Positions 26,893-38,952 are shown, counted from the stretch's first letter. The stretch is 64,000 nt of DNA from Thalia democratica (GCA_965202585.1 OZ241834.1:744001-808000); one strand, 5' to 3'. The notes: a model not told the origin generated them from the sequence alone. Numbers and translations are program-made.

Positions 26893-28628
26893 ATTAAGTT
26901 TGTTAGTTTGAGGCTGAATAAACGCTGTTTGTTAAAAGATCAAAATCTTTAGTTTGAAATCTACGTAGTTATTATTATAACTTTATCAATAATTGATATC
27001 AGATTATTCCGATTGACATCTTATATGTTTCAAATTAATATCAATATAGTCTTTCATATATTACATAATCCTTTAGTATCAAAATACGTAATCCTGTTAT
27101 AACTTAAGAACCTAATCTATCGGTTTGAAAAAAGTTTATGCATAACAGCTGAAATAATTATAAACATTAAATCAATTAAATTTTTGTATGAAATTTCTTA
27201 AGCTAAATCATTCATAGTTGCATTGTAACACTATTCCAAGTTTCACTAGAATATCGTTTTGTTTTTAAGAGAAAATTAAAAGTTTATTGCAATTACTATT
27301 CTTGCCCGGGCAAGTCTTATGTAACAAAAGGGAGATAGAGAATAAAGAGAATGAGAGCGTATTTCTCTTTTATGACGAATTATCAAAACTGACTGATGAA
27401 ATGTTTTTATATAATATTTGGGTCAAAAGCTGATAGGCCAGACTGAGTTGTGTATTGAAACAGGAGCTGCAGAGACTGTTTACAAGAAAGACACTTGAAT
27501 ATTGGTATTGAGTTGTTTTATAAAGTTTTAGTATATATATATTTATAATATATATTGTTAGATTTTAAGATTGTTATTTAAAGAAGTTTGTAACTTTCTT
27601 ACTGTACATTTTTATAGCTTTTATGATTTTCAACAAGTGATTTATTAAAAGCATTTTTCACTTAAGTGACATACTTTTATAGTTCTTATAATTTTAACAA
27701 TTGATTTTGTATTCATTGAAGTTCGTTTAATAGAAAAACCCACTCAATTGTTGTGCCTGGTTATTTATAGTAGTATTGATATCTAGTAATACTAAGTCTA
27801 TAGTAAAGTGTTATTTCTGTCAAATTCCAATAGTAAAGTCACACTCAGATAATAAAAACAAAAATTATACACATAAACCCGGTATCAGTACCACCAAAAT
27901 ATTTACTAGTTTTGATAAAAATAATCATTTAATAATCATTAGCTACTACCACAATATATAAGACCTATTTATTCAATAAGCCTACTTTAAGTAAAACAAA
28001 CTATATTACAACACACCATGCTTCAGCAGCCGATGATTAAGGTTGTACTTGCTGTGTACTACTGCTAGATGATATTTTATTAACTCTAGATTATCTTATA
28101 TACAGATATAGTGATACAGTTATAGCAACATAATAATAATGTTGTAATTAGTAGCATAGTTATGTTTTCTCCAACAAACCTGTATCCTGGCTTCAGCAGC
28201 CGAAGGTTTAGCTTGAACTTGTTGGGTGGCTGAACTACTCGCGCTCACATCTTTTCTAGTGATTTCTTCTGCTGAGCTGCTTTCCTCTCCTCCTGATCTT
28301 GTTTTATCTGTTGTCTAACTTTCTCTCTCGCCAGTTTGTCTGCTTGTTTCTCACGCTTCCTTTGTTCAACTTGTTTCTGCATCTCTCCAAGCTATTTTTT
28401 GTTATTTTGTTGAAAAATTAAAGTTTAAAGATAAGTTACCTGATTGTTTTTTATGAAACTTGTTTGACAATTCTTTATTTTTGTATCTGGTATATTAAAT
28501 CTAATATTTGTAAAATTGTGTGATAATTTATTTCGTTTAGTATTTTGCTTAAAACTAAAAACACTTAACAAATATGTGTCTCAAAGTAAATCATAGTCAG
28601 TTATTTTAATTTTTATATATAAATGCAG

Positions 28629-28839
28629 AAATGTTACGCCCAGCAGCATTTAACAAATCCAATAAAAACTTGAAATAATATTAAGTTAGGATTTAATGCT
28701 CTGTTAGCGAAGTTTAACTTTGTAGAAAGGCGGAAAAACAAAGTTATACAGTTGATTAATTTTGGACAGTATGGGAAAGCACATAAGCATAAACATAACA
28801 ATTAAGCTATTTACTCAGTACTTGCCAACGACTGTCCAT
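28629..28839 (-). ncRNA. Putative intronic H/ACA-type RNA, type a, copy 4
   Basis: GGACAGT/ACTGTCC stem, AAATTA H box, middle hairpin, 3' hairpin CGCT.../...GGCG and ACATTT end. The 5' hairpin is most similar to copy 2. Confidence 0.7.
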
Positions 28840-31663
28840 TTGAAATAATTATAAATTTACCAATACACACATTTTTCTAGTTAATAATAGCTTTAATTTA
28901 ATTAATTTTTTCTCATTTTAGTTGGCAGAATTTAAAATGGTTCAAAAAATTTAATAGAAAAATGTATTTGGATAAGTTATATAATTAATGTAAACTGAAT
29001 TTTATGATATATTATTATTACATTAGCTTTCTTATAGTTTAAAACATTTATATATCTTTTTTAACTACATGATCTTACTTTTCTTTCGTATGAATATTTA
29101 TACAACATTTTAACTTAATACTAAATGAACAAAATAACTAAATGGTGTTCTAAGTGGATTCATTACATTAATTTTAAACAGAAACAAACTCTTCTCTCGT
29201 TCTTTGTTTTCCTAACTCTCTGACCGTCTTTCTTTCTCCCACCTTTTTATTCAATCTTTCCTGCAATCTGTACAAGTTTATTTTAATGTGCTTAAAATTT
29301 TTCAGCTATTTATCAACGACCAATTAGTACAATCAGATTATAAAAAATATTTAACTTCCCATAAAAATAATTTGTGCTTAGCTAAGAGATAGTAGATAGA
29401 ATATTTTGTTTAACAGCTAGGATGTGAATTTATCAAAATTAAATCTTAAATGGTTGATAATTTCACAAAACTTATTAGCTATTGATATAATAATAGTTAT
29501 AAGATGTTTTCACTCGTTAAATCACCAGAACACTATTTAATCTTCTACAATAGAGAATATACACTTAATACAACTTAACTTTTAAAATAATCAAATATTT
29601 TAGAAACTTTTAAGCTCTTTTTTTTTCTTTTTTGGATTGTTTACTTTGTTCAGAAGGAGCTGTTTTTTTATTTTTTCTATGAAATTTATTTATAAGTTTT
29701 GATAAAGCTAAAATTTATTTAACTATGGTTCTTGATAATTATTTATTTTTTATCTAGAGTATCAGTGATTAAATTTGAACTATTTATTAATTAAAACATT
29801 TTGAACATGTAGACTGTAGGTAGACTAAAATTTACATCATTCAAACATAACTCATATAAAAATTTTTTTTATTTAGAATTTTTATTATTCCATTTAACTT
29901 TAATAAAAAATGACAAGATTATTTTCGAACATGTACTAAAAAAAACTTGAGAAGATTAATGATCAAATATTCAACAGGTTTGAGGTTTTCAGTCATTCGA
30001 TATAAATGTTAATATATAAATGTCACATTACCTGTAGCAGTTGTGACACGACCGCTAACAGAAGGGGCATCTTGATTTGTGAGAATGAAATTTGTCATGG
30101 CTTCCAATCCCCATTTACCTTGTGCTTCCCAAGCTGCATTACTGTGAATTTAATAAAAATTAATACTTTATACTGCATTACTGTAAATTAAATAATCCGC
30201 TTATCAAAAAGTGGAAGGAATTGATGTATTTAACATATAACTTATATACTAAAAATTACTAAAATTATTTAGCTTACAAATGAGGAAAAAAATAAATATT
30301 TGGGGCAGTACTTAGTTGTTTAAGTAGGTAGTTGTGTGAGTAGTTCTATTTTTGGAGCTAAAATAAAATATAAATTTGTTTGATGAAATTAAATAATTTA
30401 CATATCAAACTATTTACTTCACTTATATATGAAATAAAGGACTTTCAAAAAATCAAATTTTTATATGACAGCACACAAATTTTGAGATACAATTAAATTT
30501 TTTTATAATATATTAAAGTAAATTTTTAACTACTAATATTATAGTAATTACTCAAAGTGTGATATTGCATTAAAATAACTTCTTATAATTAATACTATAA
30601 CAAAATATATTCCACACCTATGGTAAAGCTTAGCATTCAACGAACACACAAATTTATTGTTCTGAATACAGAAGTGTACTATATTAAAAGCATATAAATG
30701 ATTAATGTTAGGCTGTAATGATTATGTTAACAGTTGGTAACTAGCACTTGCAGATGTCCCCTTGAATTTAAGAATACATTGAAATTCTATCAGGTTGCCA
30801 AGAAGTTGTCAGTAACTGACAGATTCTGAAACTTGTATTTTGATAATGGCTTAAAGCTTTAATTTAGAGACAATCCCAAGCTAGTGGTTAACTAATGTTT
30901 TTCAAATATTGTATATTGACTTACTATTTACTGAGTGCTTAATATATAAGTTATATTGCTGTTTAACTTCATTCTAGTATGTGATTATGAAAATTGAAAT
31001 GTGTATTTACAATTGAAAAGAACAAAATAACAATTGATCCAATTATGACATGAATTAAAGAAGCTTAACACTATAAGTGTTCGTTTAAACTTAACTTATG
31101 GAACAATCTATAAGGTCAACTACAAGTTTAAACTAGGAACCATTCAACTACTAAATACAGCAAAAAGCTGCCTACTTAAGTTAATGGCTAACTGCGTACA
31201 GCAACAACTAAAAAGCCTAGATTTAACTATTCAAATACTAATATACATAAATATTACAAGAAACAAGTAAAAAAAGAGAATAGCTATTTTAAGCTCTCTA
31301 CCACTAAAAGCTGTACAAAAAGATTAAGACAAAAATATTTACTTGGCTTTGTACCATTTATATCTATATATACATAAAATGTTTAGAACATAAAAACTAA
31401 CTAGTTAAGCTTAACTACATTCATTACTCAATAATGTTCACGATGCTCTATATTCTATTATTTTCTTTTAATAACATTCTTTTTATATTTTGATTACAAA
31501 TTATTCAATTTTAATTTTAATCAGAAGTTGTAAGCAATAAATACCTACATATAAAATAGTACTAGATATTATATTATATTAGCTTTATACCCATACTCTA
31601 GTATAAATTTTCTTATTTATCTTAAGATCACATAAAAAAAAAATTATAGAAAATTTAAATCAC

Positions 31664-32100
31664 TTTTCAAATTTTAGATATAAGTCCAGGTGTCCACGTT
31701 GTTGATCCACAGCCACGTCCAAATCCTCCACGGAAGTCAAATTGCTGGGTTTGACCTGCACCAGCATCAGCCTTCTTGTCTCCTCCCCTGTACGCATCAC
31801 GGTCCTGTTTCTGATCTTGTTTGGGTGGCCAGTGATATTCTGCTGCAACTTAAAGGTGGCGATCTAGATAGGGAGGTGGTAACAGAGATACTAGATACCC
31901 TCATTGGTCAGGGTGTAGTGGTGGCCAGGATACATTTTTCATTTAGGTTCCTTTGCAGACGAAGGACTTGCAAACGAAGTTCATGACGTGCAGGTTGGGT
32001 CAGTTTCTGCGCGTTTTGGTGAGTATGGGTCCTCCTTGCATGCTTCGTCCTTGATGAGGTTTTTAAAAATCAGATTTTTATTGCGTTTTGGCATAAGAAT
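31664..32100 (-). pseudogene. RPS10: 40S ribosomal protein S10 (eS10) pseudogene
   Basis: Minus-strand fragments ILMPKRNK (start ATG>ATT), PNLHVM, LTNEGI*YL and [31 protein letters not shown] match eS10. Multiple frameshifts and stops. A TTTCAG acceptor lies 12 nt upstream (32,112). Confidence 0.92.
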
Positions 32101-33446
32101 GGTTACAGTTGTCTGAAATATAGAAACGTTTAGTGTGATATTGATAATGTAACATGCATTTTGTATATAATTACATATAGCTATAAAGTTATCTTGTATT
32201 TGAATTGTTGAAAAAGTTAACTAATAATAATTAATAATTGATTTAATACAACAAATTAATTCTAAACAAATTTACTTACATTTCTTTTAATTACAATATG
32301 TTGAAGTTGATTTACATATATTTTAATTAACATAAACTATATTATTATATTTAGAGAAATTTAAATCACGGCCTACATTAATTGACAAAAAAACGTTTAA
32401 ATGAAGTCAGTATATTTTAATTTGTAAACAACTTAACTGTGAACATATTTTCAACAAAATGGTAATAATATAAAAATTCTTTCGAACTAGTTCTATTTTT
32501 AGTTACTTGAACTACTAAAACCAATTTAAAGATTTTGTTTTGTTGTGAGGAATGACATTTGTAAAATACTGCTTTCAACATTTCAACAATGATTGTTGAC
32601 TTCGAGCAACAAATGCTATCAAAATTACAAAAAATTTCCAAACATATTCAAGAAATTATTCATTGGAGCTTTAAAGATGGAAGTGAAGAATAGCAAGTAC
32701 AGATCAGTCTTAAGGGTCCCAAATTGTTTTTTACTTGAAGAAACAAAAGAACTAGCTCTGAACCTAATGACCGCTGAACCAGAAAGTTATAATTGATTTG
32801 TTAAATAAAACATAATTATTATTAATCATAACATGCTGCAGGTCAGCTAAATTAAAGTCAATTTAATTCAACACAATTATGTCAGACAGGTAGTATTATT
32901 TTTAAATTTAAGCAATATTCTGATACATAGCAAAAATGTCAGTTTAGAAACAATTTTTATTTGTTTACAACTGGAATACATCAAGGATAAAAACTTTGAG
33001 CAAAATTTTTAATCAGCAATAATACAAACTATTGTTTCAAAAAAATTATTAGGAAACGTAAATATAAAGTAAAATTGTTTGAACGTATCTAGCAAAAATC
33101 TATCTAGTAAAAATATTTACAAATTATGATTTAAATCAATTTCTTAAGTCAGAATGAGTATATAAAAATATTTCTCTTAAACCGTAGAATTGTAAGAGAG
33201 TTTTAAAAGTACAACATTAAAAGTAGCATACATTACATAAATTTAACTGTATATTATAGTTTCAAGGAAAAATGAAGGTTAAGTTTACTACTTAAGAATT
33301 TAATATGTTCCAAAAAATATACATGTAATTTATATATTTGTATTGTTTATATATTTATTATACAATTCAAAAAAAAGGTTCAAGTACTTAATTTGGTTAT
33401 AGTTGTCAGTGAAACTTAAATAAGTTTATTGATATTATGTTGTCAC

Positions 33447-35228
33447 TAGTGATGTACCGGACTCACTATCCGGGTCCGGGTCCGGCCGGATATTGCCATT
33501 TTTGTCTGATATCCGGATCCGGCCGGACTCTAATTTGAATAAAAATTCCGGATCCGGTTCCGGCCGGATTCTAATTTAAAAAAAAAGTCCGGGTCCGGTT
33601 CCGGCCGGATTCTAATTTGAAAATAAAGTCCGGATCCGGTTCCGGCCGGATCCTAACAGAGATCCGGCCGGACCCGGATCTAGTTAGTAAAAAAGAGCAT
33701 ACTGAAAAGTATTTAAAAAAAAAAATCCTGTGAAAATTAATAAGATTCATTTTCGTCAGTTAAAATTAAACACCTACCGTGATTGGCTCATTTTGTACAC
33801 GTGACTAATTTACATTTGTTTACATTTAAACTATAAATACTCATTTCATGAAATGCAACTCTTTACATATGTTGTAAAATTGAAACCTTTGGAATGAATA
33901 CTTGCATTATTTATTGTTCAAAGTCGAGCATAGAGAATATTTAGAGTTAATACGGTTGAATGTACGAGCCAATGAGAATCATATGACGAAATGTTTCAAA
34001 CTAAATATTGATGCAACAAAACATCAGAACATGACAGGCAGTTTATATGTAAGCAGTTAGTTAGTTTGGTGTGTAGCTTGAAGCAACAAAATATCTTGAA
34101 CGTTTTTGTGAATGCTTATTGTAAGTAGTGTTTTGTCTTAAAAGTGAATATTTCAACAGGTTTTTAATTGTTTAAATATTTAAGCCAGGTTTATAGTAAA
34201 ATAGTTAATTAAAAATTTTACAGTTTCTTGTTTACTAAAAGTTTTATTTAATTTTTAGTTTTTTGTTTTAAGTCTTTTGATATAGATTAAAATAGCTTCC
34301 AGTTTTTAAAGTGTTACCAAAGTAATTAATAATTTTGTATATGCTAGTATTTCTTGTTGTGTTTTATATAAAAGGTTTATCACTCAAAACTGTCGTGTCT
34401 GATTATAGAAAGTAGTCTCAGTTATAATTTAGTATTTGTTAGATTTTAATTAAATAAGGTAGGATTTAATTATGATGGGTAGTACTAATAAGTTAAGTGT
34501 ACCACAATCAGTCCACAACTTTACTACCAAATTGTCAACCTTTGCTAGCTGTTCTACTGATTATTAGATTAAAGTAATTTTTCAGTTTTTAAAATCCTCA
34601 TTCTGACTCAGGCTTGTTTATACTCACTCTAGCTAGTTTTATTGACTTAAACAGTGGCAACCCTGCTAGTTTGAAAATTTTTGGGAATTTTTTAAAATCT
34701 TTGACTGCCTCAGGCTAGTTTAGTTTTTTTATAAAAACTCAGGCTAGTTTTCTTTTAGATTTTAAATGAGTTTGAGCTGATCCAGTTTCAATATTTTGTA
34801 ATTTTCTAGTGTATTTTGTTCATGAACTTGATTTTAGATTTTTTATTGTAAATAACATCTAAATTTGTAAACCTTGTGGCTAGCTGTTCTACTTATTATT
34901 AGATTAAAGTTCTTTTTTCCAGTTTTCAAAAACCTCATTCTGACTCAGGCTAGTTTATTTTAGTAATGTACCGGACTCACTATCCGGGTCCGGCCGGATA
35001 TTGCCATTTTTGTCTGATATCCGGATCCGGCCGGATTCTAATTTGAAAAAAAGTTCGGATCCGGTTCCGGCCGGACTCTAATTTGAAAAAAAAGTCCGGG
35101 TCCGGTTCCAGCCGGATTCTAATTTGAAAAAAAAAGTCCGGGTCCGGTTCCGGCCGGATTATAGTTTGAAAAAAAAGCCCGGATCCGGGTCCGGCCGGAC
35201 CCGAAATTGTGGGTCCGGTACATCACTA
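33447..35228. mobile_element. Non-autonomous hAT-like element (composite), copy 2
   Basis: Same TIRs as copy 1, perfect 8-bp TSD GTTGTCAC (33,439-33,446 / 35,229-35,236). Internal region nearly colinear with copy 1; second left end at 34,961. Confidence 0.92.
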
Positions 35229-35499
35229 GTTGTCACAACCAAAAGTAATTAATTTTATCAACGTCTAAAAAACATGTTGTTATCCAGTTTGAAATACATT
35301 GCATCGTATTACTTTCAACAATTTTAGTTACAAAATGAAATCATTATTTAGTAACAAATAGACAACATAATACTTTTTTGCTTACTTTGTAACACTTATA
35401 AGCTAATGTTTATATTAAGCATAACATTAATTAAAATTTTCTTTAAGCATAATAAAAAGCAACAGACTTTTAATTTATGGTTTAATTTAACTTTATGGT

Positions 35500-35812
35500 G
35501 TCCCTAAAACCCTCCTATTCTGACATTTTTTTTAATTTATTTTTGGACCCGACTTCCCACAGACGGTCAGAAACCGAATCACACATGTACTTAATAATTA
35601 TTTAAGTTTGATAAACTAGATAGAAATATTAGAGTGAAGTACAACAAAATGAATGAGCTGCAACGCTCAAACACCCCATTATACTTGGTTATACTAAAGT
35701 GATTTTAATTACTTTAGATTAACTTTGTTATATTTAATAGCTGTAACCTGGATTCGAACCAAAAACTACAAGAGAACTTTAAACTTTAAACCACAAACTG
35801 TTTGCGAGCTGC
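35500..35812 (-). mobile_element. tRNA-derived SINE-like element, copy 2
   Basis: Minus strand GCAGCTCGCAAACAGTTTGTGGTTTAAAG...GGTTCGAATCCAGG (canonical B box), followed by the same conserved core. Confidence 0.62.
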
Positions 35813-36889
35813 TAATTGACTAAATATGTTAAATTTTATTTTTTTAACAAAATCTGCCATATATGATAATCGAACTCTTGTTCTATCAATCATTATCACT
35901 TAGTTGCTTAAACTAATTGTTACTTTTTAGATTTAAAAAATGTTCAATGAATTTCTAGTAGTTTATATTTAGGTTATAAATGTTACATAGTGATACAGAA
36001 AGCATTCTATTAACTAACAAATATTGATCTAAGTTTATTATCAAAACTTAATTATGATGCAATAAATTATTAACTGGATTGTTTAAAACTGTTGTAAATA
36101 CTTTATTTTGTTGTGACATTTTTATTTTAGTTCAAACAATTTCAGAATTTTAATATTATATTTTACAGTAATCACAATAATTTTGAAATGTAATGGATTA
36201 TAGCAACTTAATGGGCTAAGCAATGAAATATATCCTTAAACCACAAAATCAATTTTAAATAATTATAAATAATAATTAGAGGGAAAAACTAAGATGATTA
36301 CTGATTAGAAACCAAAAGAAATTTACTTATTCTTTCAAGGATTATATATTGTCAATTTTCAGACTATATTATTTTGACTAATTTACAAAATCGCATTGAA
36401 TTACTAAACTCTGTTTAACTGTTTTCAATTGGAGTACTAAATAACAAATATTTTAAATAACAAATGTTGTCATCTACAATTACTTATTTAACCATAAAGA
36501 TGATAATTTAAACTAATAATATGAATTTATCTGTTAAGGATATAAATAATATAAATTTAAATGGTTGGGGGATACAATAGATTTATACCAGATATAATAC
36601 TAATTCGGAATTGTTCAACAGAAGTAACCAAAAGAAACCTTCGAAGTATAAACAACCCAGAGTTCAAGTGCTGCTAACTCAACTGACATGTTGTCACTGA
36701 CTCTTATTATCATTAATTAACATGAGAGATATTTAAATAATATATATATATATATATATAAGTTATGTAGGATATATTTTACAACAAGCTGTCTTAATTT
36801 TTAAGGGTTTTAAACTTACGCACTAAGATACTTATATCAATAAGGACAACTTAGCTGCAATCGAAGAAAACTTTGGTGAAACTTTTGCT

Positions 36890-37030
36890 TGGACAACAAA
36901 TGCTGTTTTCTGGTGGTTTTCACCTTCTTTTCAAATATTCAGGGGCCACATCTATGTATGGCCTGGACAACAAATGCTGTTTTCTGGTGGTTTTCACCTT
37001 CTTTTTGGATTTTCAGGGATCACATCTATG
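36890..37030. repeat. 74-bp tandem duplication (~2 copies)
   Basis: TGGACAACAAATGCTGTTTTCTGGTGGTTTTCACCTTC...CACATCTATG starts at 36,890 and 36,964. Confidence 0.9.
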
Positions 37031-37515
37031 AAAAATATATAATTTGTTTTATTTTCAACATGATAATAAAGTAACATTGATTTTATTACAGCAGTACCAC
37101 AATAAAACAAAATTAATTAACTTCATAATTGATAATTAGCTTCAGTATTTCAAAGAAAATATATTCAAACATCACAGTTTCTACAAAGTCTATTAAAAAA
37201 TATATTTTGGTAGTACTAAAACCTGTACATTTGTTTATCTAGGAATTTATTAGAAATAGATACAAGTTGTTTTGTTAAAAACTAAATCTATTCTTAATAT
37301 CTTGTTTGAAGTTGTTAAAATTCTCCTATAGGCTTTAAAATAAAATGAATTGTTTTAAGGTAGTAGAAATTGGACAACTTCGAATATTGTTATCTACATG
37401 ATATAAATTTATTTTAAAAAACATATATAGAAACTGTATAAACTCTTAAAAAAACAAAAAAAACAGATACAGAGATCTATTGTTTATAATATAACCATTC
37501 TCAACTTTTTGGTAC

Positions 37516-37556
37516 ACTGAGATCAGTTTTGTCCTTATTAGGACTCATCAGTCAGT
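37516..37556 (-). ncRNA. Minimal type I hammerhead ribozyme-like motif (core G12>A)
   Basis: Minus strand: ACTGA CTGATGA GTCCT AATA AGGAC AAAA CTG ATC TCAGT. Stem I ACTGA/TCAGT and stem II GTCCT/AGGAC are intact, but the GAAA core reads AAAA. Confidence 0.65.
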
Positions 37557-37604
37557 CACAACCAAAAACTTGTTGTCTTCAACGACACAAACGATTTATC
37601 ATGC

Positions 37605-37645
37605 TTTCACTGATGAGTCTTAATCAGGACGAAACCGGTCTCAGC
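37605..37645 (+). ncRNA. Minimal type I hammerhead ribozyme motif of the Penelope-like-element type
   Basis: CTGATGA (37,610-37,616), stem II GTCTT-AATC-AGGAC, GAAA (37,631-37,634), palindromic short stem III AC-CG-GT and a GTC cleavage triplet (37,638-37,640). Stem I is mismatched. Confidence 0.75.
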
Positions 37646-38311
37646 CTACCGGAAGCTTGTGGTCTGATGATTTGATTTTATAATCAACCCTTTTGTTAAA
37701 CTTGAGCTTGTCTCATGGTATACAAAAGTCCAGGCTTCTGCTCTGCAGATTTAAGCCTATGTTTTTGTTGATCTTTTGAAGTTAGACTAAGTTTTACTCT
37801 TTGGGCTAAAAAATATGCCTGAGTGACAAAAAATAGTCTGAGTTAAATAAATTTATGCTGAGTTAGCTTAAGTTTATAAAAAAGTTTTAAATTAACAATA
37901 GTAGCTTAAAACTAGGAAAAAATACTGTTTATCAAGCTTTAGTACTTATGAAGACCTAAATTATACTCAAACTTAACAAAAATATGTTTATAAGAAAAAA
38001 AAATATTAAAGTTAACTAAAACTAGCCAGAGGCTTTAATAAATCACACAATTAAAAACATCAAATAAGCTTAAGTTTTTATCTAACTTGATTGGCTTGAG
38101 TGTGTGACAACACTAAGCTAAAAAATATATCTTCTTTCCTGGCTTATACTATTAATATATAATAGGTTGCTTATTTTAAGAATTTAAGGTCTTCTAAAAA
38201 AATTGGTTTAATCAATATTATGTGATAGGTAATTAATGTATAGACTGAGATAGTTAAAATTGATCTGTTGAAAACTGAGAACTGAAATGTTAAGAAAAAG
38301 TCTAGTCCGCC

Positions 38312-38376
38312 TCTCATTTTGTCATCTCATTTTGTCATCTCATTTTGTCATCTCATTTTGTCACCTCATTTTGTCA
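38312..38376. repeat. 13-bp minisatellite x5
   Basis: (TCTCATTTTGTCA)5 with one substitution. Confidence 0.95.
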
Positions 38377-38399
38377 AATTGAATCTGAGCTATCAGATA

Positions 38400-38952
38400 C
38401 ATTTAACCAGTTAAAAAAATCAAAGTTTCTTCTGAGATATAAGCAATAAAAGTTTGTAAAGGTTTCTTGTAGAAGAAGCAAACTCAAAAGAAAAAAAAAA
38501 CAATTTCATTAAAAATCTATCTTCTCCTTTATTTTTTGACAAATTTTCTTAAAACTTTTACAGTAAGTCTATTATAAATACATAAGTCATCAATCAATGC
38601 AGAATTTTTCTTAATTTTAATGAAAATTTGTAATAAAAACTTATTTTTTTGGCTTTTTTTATCTCAATTTTTTTTCAAAATTTTGAAATTCCTCCAACAT
38701 TTCCAAAAATTGGCACAAAAATGAAGAAGAATATAGATTTTCGGAACTTTAAATTTCTGGGAAATATGAAGATGAAAACTTTTTGTCCATACACTTGTAT
38801 TGGAAATTTTTTACTATAACATCTCAAAAACTAATTAAAACTTTTTTATTCTATAAAAACTGGCTTGTAGTTTATATTTTTAGCTTCCAAATAGGAGTCA
38901 ATCTTAATTTTTATGAAAAAAAAATGTTTGAATTCCCTCTATACCATTTAAG
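38400..38952. mobile_element. Diverged MITE remnant related to the Kolobok-like element
   Basis: Shares the internal inverted motif AAAATCTATCTTCTCCTT.ATTTTT / AAAAATGAAGAAGAATATAGATTTT and a degenerate CCCTCTATACCATTTAA end. The left boundary is uncertain. Confidence 0.4.

Larger units (their letters stand above)
24050..30141 (-). pseudogene. UBXN1: UBXN1/SAKS1-like gene (copy A): UBA, coiled-coil and UBX exons, frameshifted
   Basis: Exons with AG/GT boundaries: 30,141-30,032 (NAAWEAQGKWGLEAMTNFILTNQDAPS, UBA-like); decayed ~29,660-29,607; 29,267-29,190; 28,391-28,180 (EMQKQVEQRKREKQADKLAREKVRQQIKQDQEERK...ARIQ, frameshifted); 24,593-24,404 (ITCPDGSRLVQTFKSTEQLSAVRLFV...YPSKTFVEEDYEKQLKDL, intact UBX); and from 24,128 (GLTNSALKVF). 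The order matches UBXN1. The end of the last exon is approximate. Confidence 0.8.

Noticed and set aside
27301-27314. Perfect 14-bp palindrome CTTGCCCGGGCAAG
   Set aside because: Single occurrence with no associated element end or repeat; cannot be assigned.
20836-28839. Intronic RNA as telomerase RNA or U17/snR30
   Set aside because: The CCTAAC-like sequence lies in the 3' hairpin after the H box, not in a template domain. The U17 motifs AUAUUCCUA and AAACCAU are not both present.
20836-28839. Conserved block as a coding exon (LDLLNAAGRNISAF)
   Set aside because: It has no consistent splice sites, indels are not in multiples of three, and the UBXN1 exons join in frame without it.
31690-31986. 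Plus-strand 98-aa ORF and the minus-strand 62-aa ORF at 31,660-31,848
   Set aside because: These are antisense and off-frame readings of the RPS10 pseudogene.
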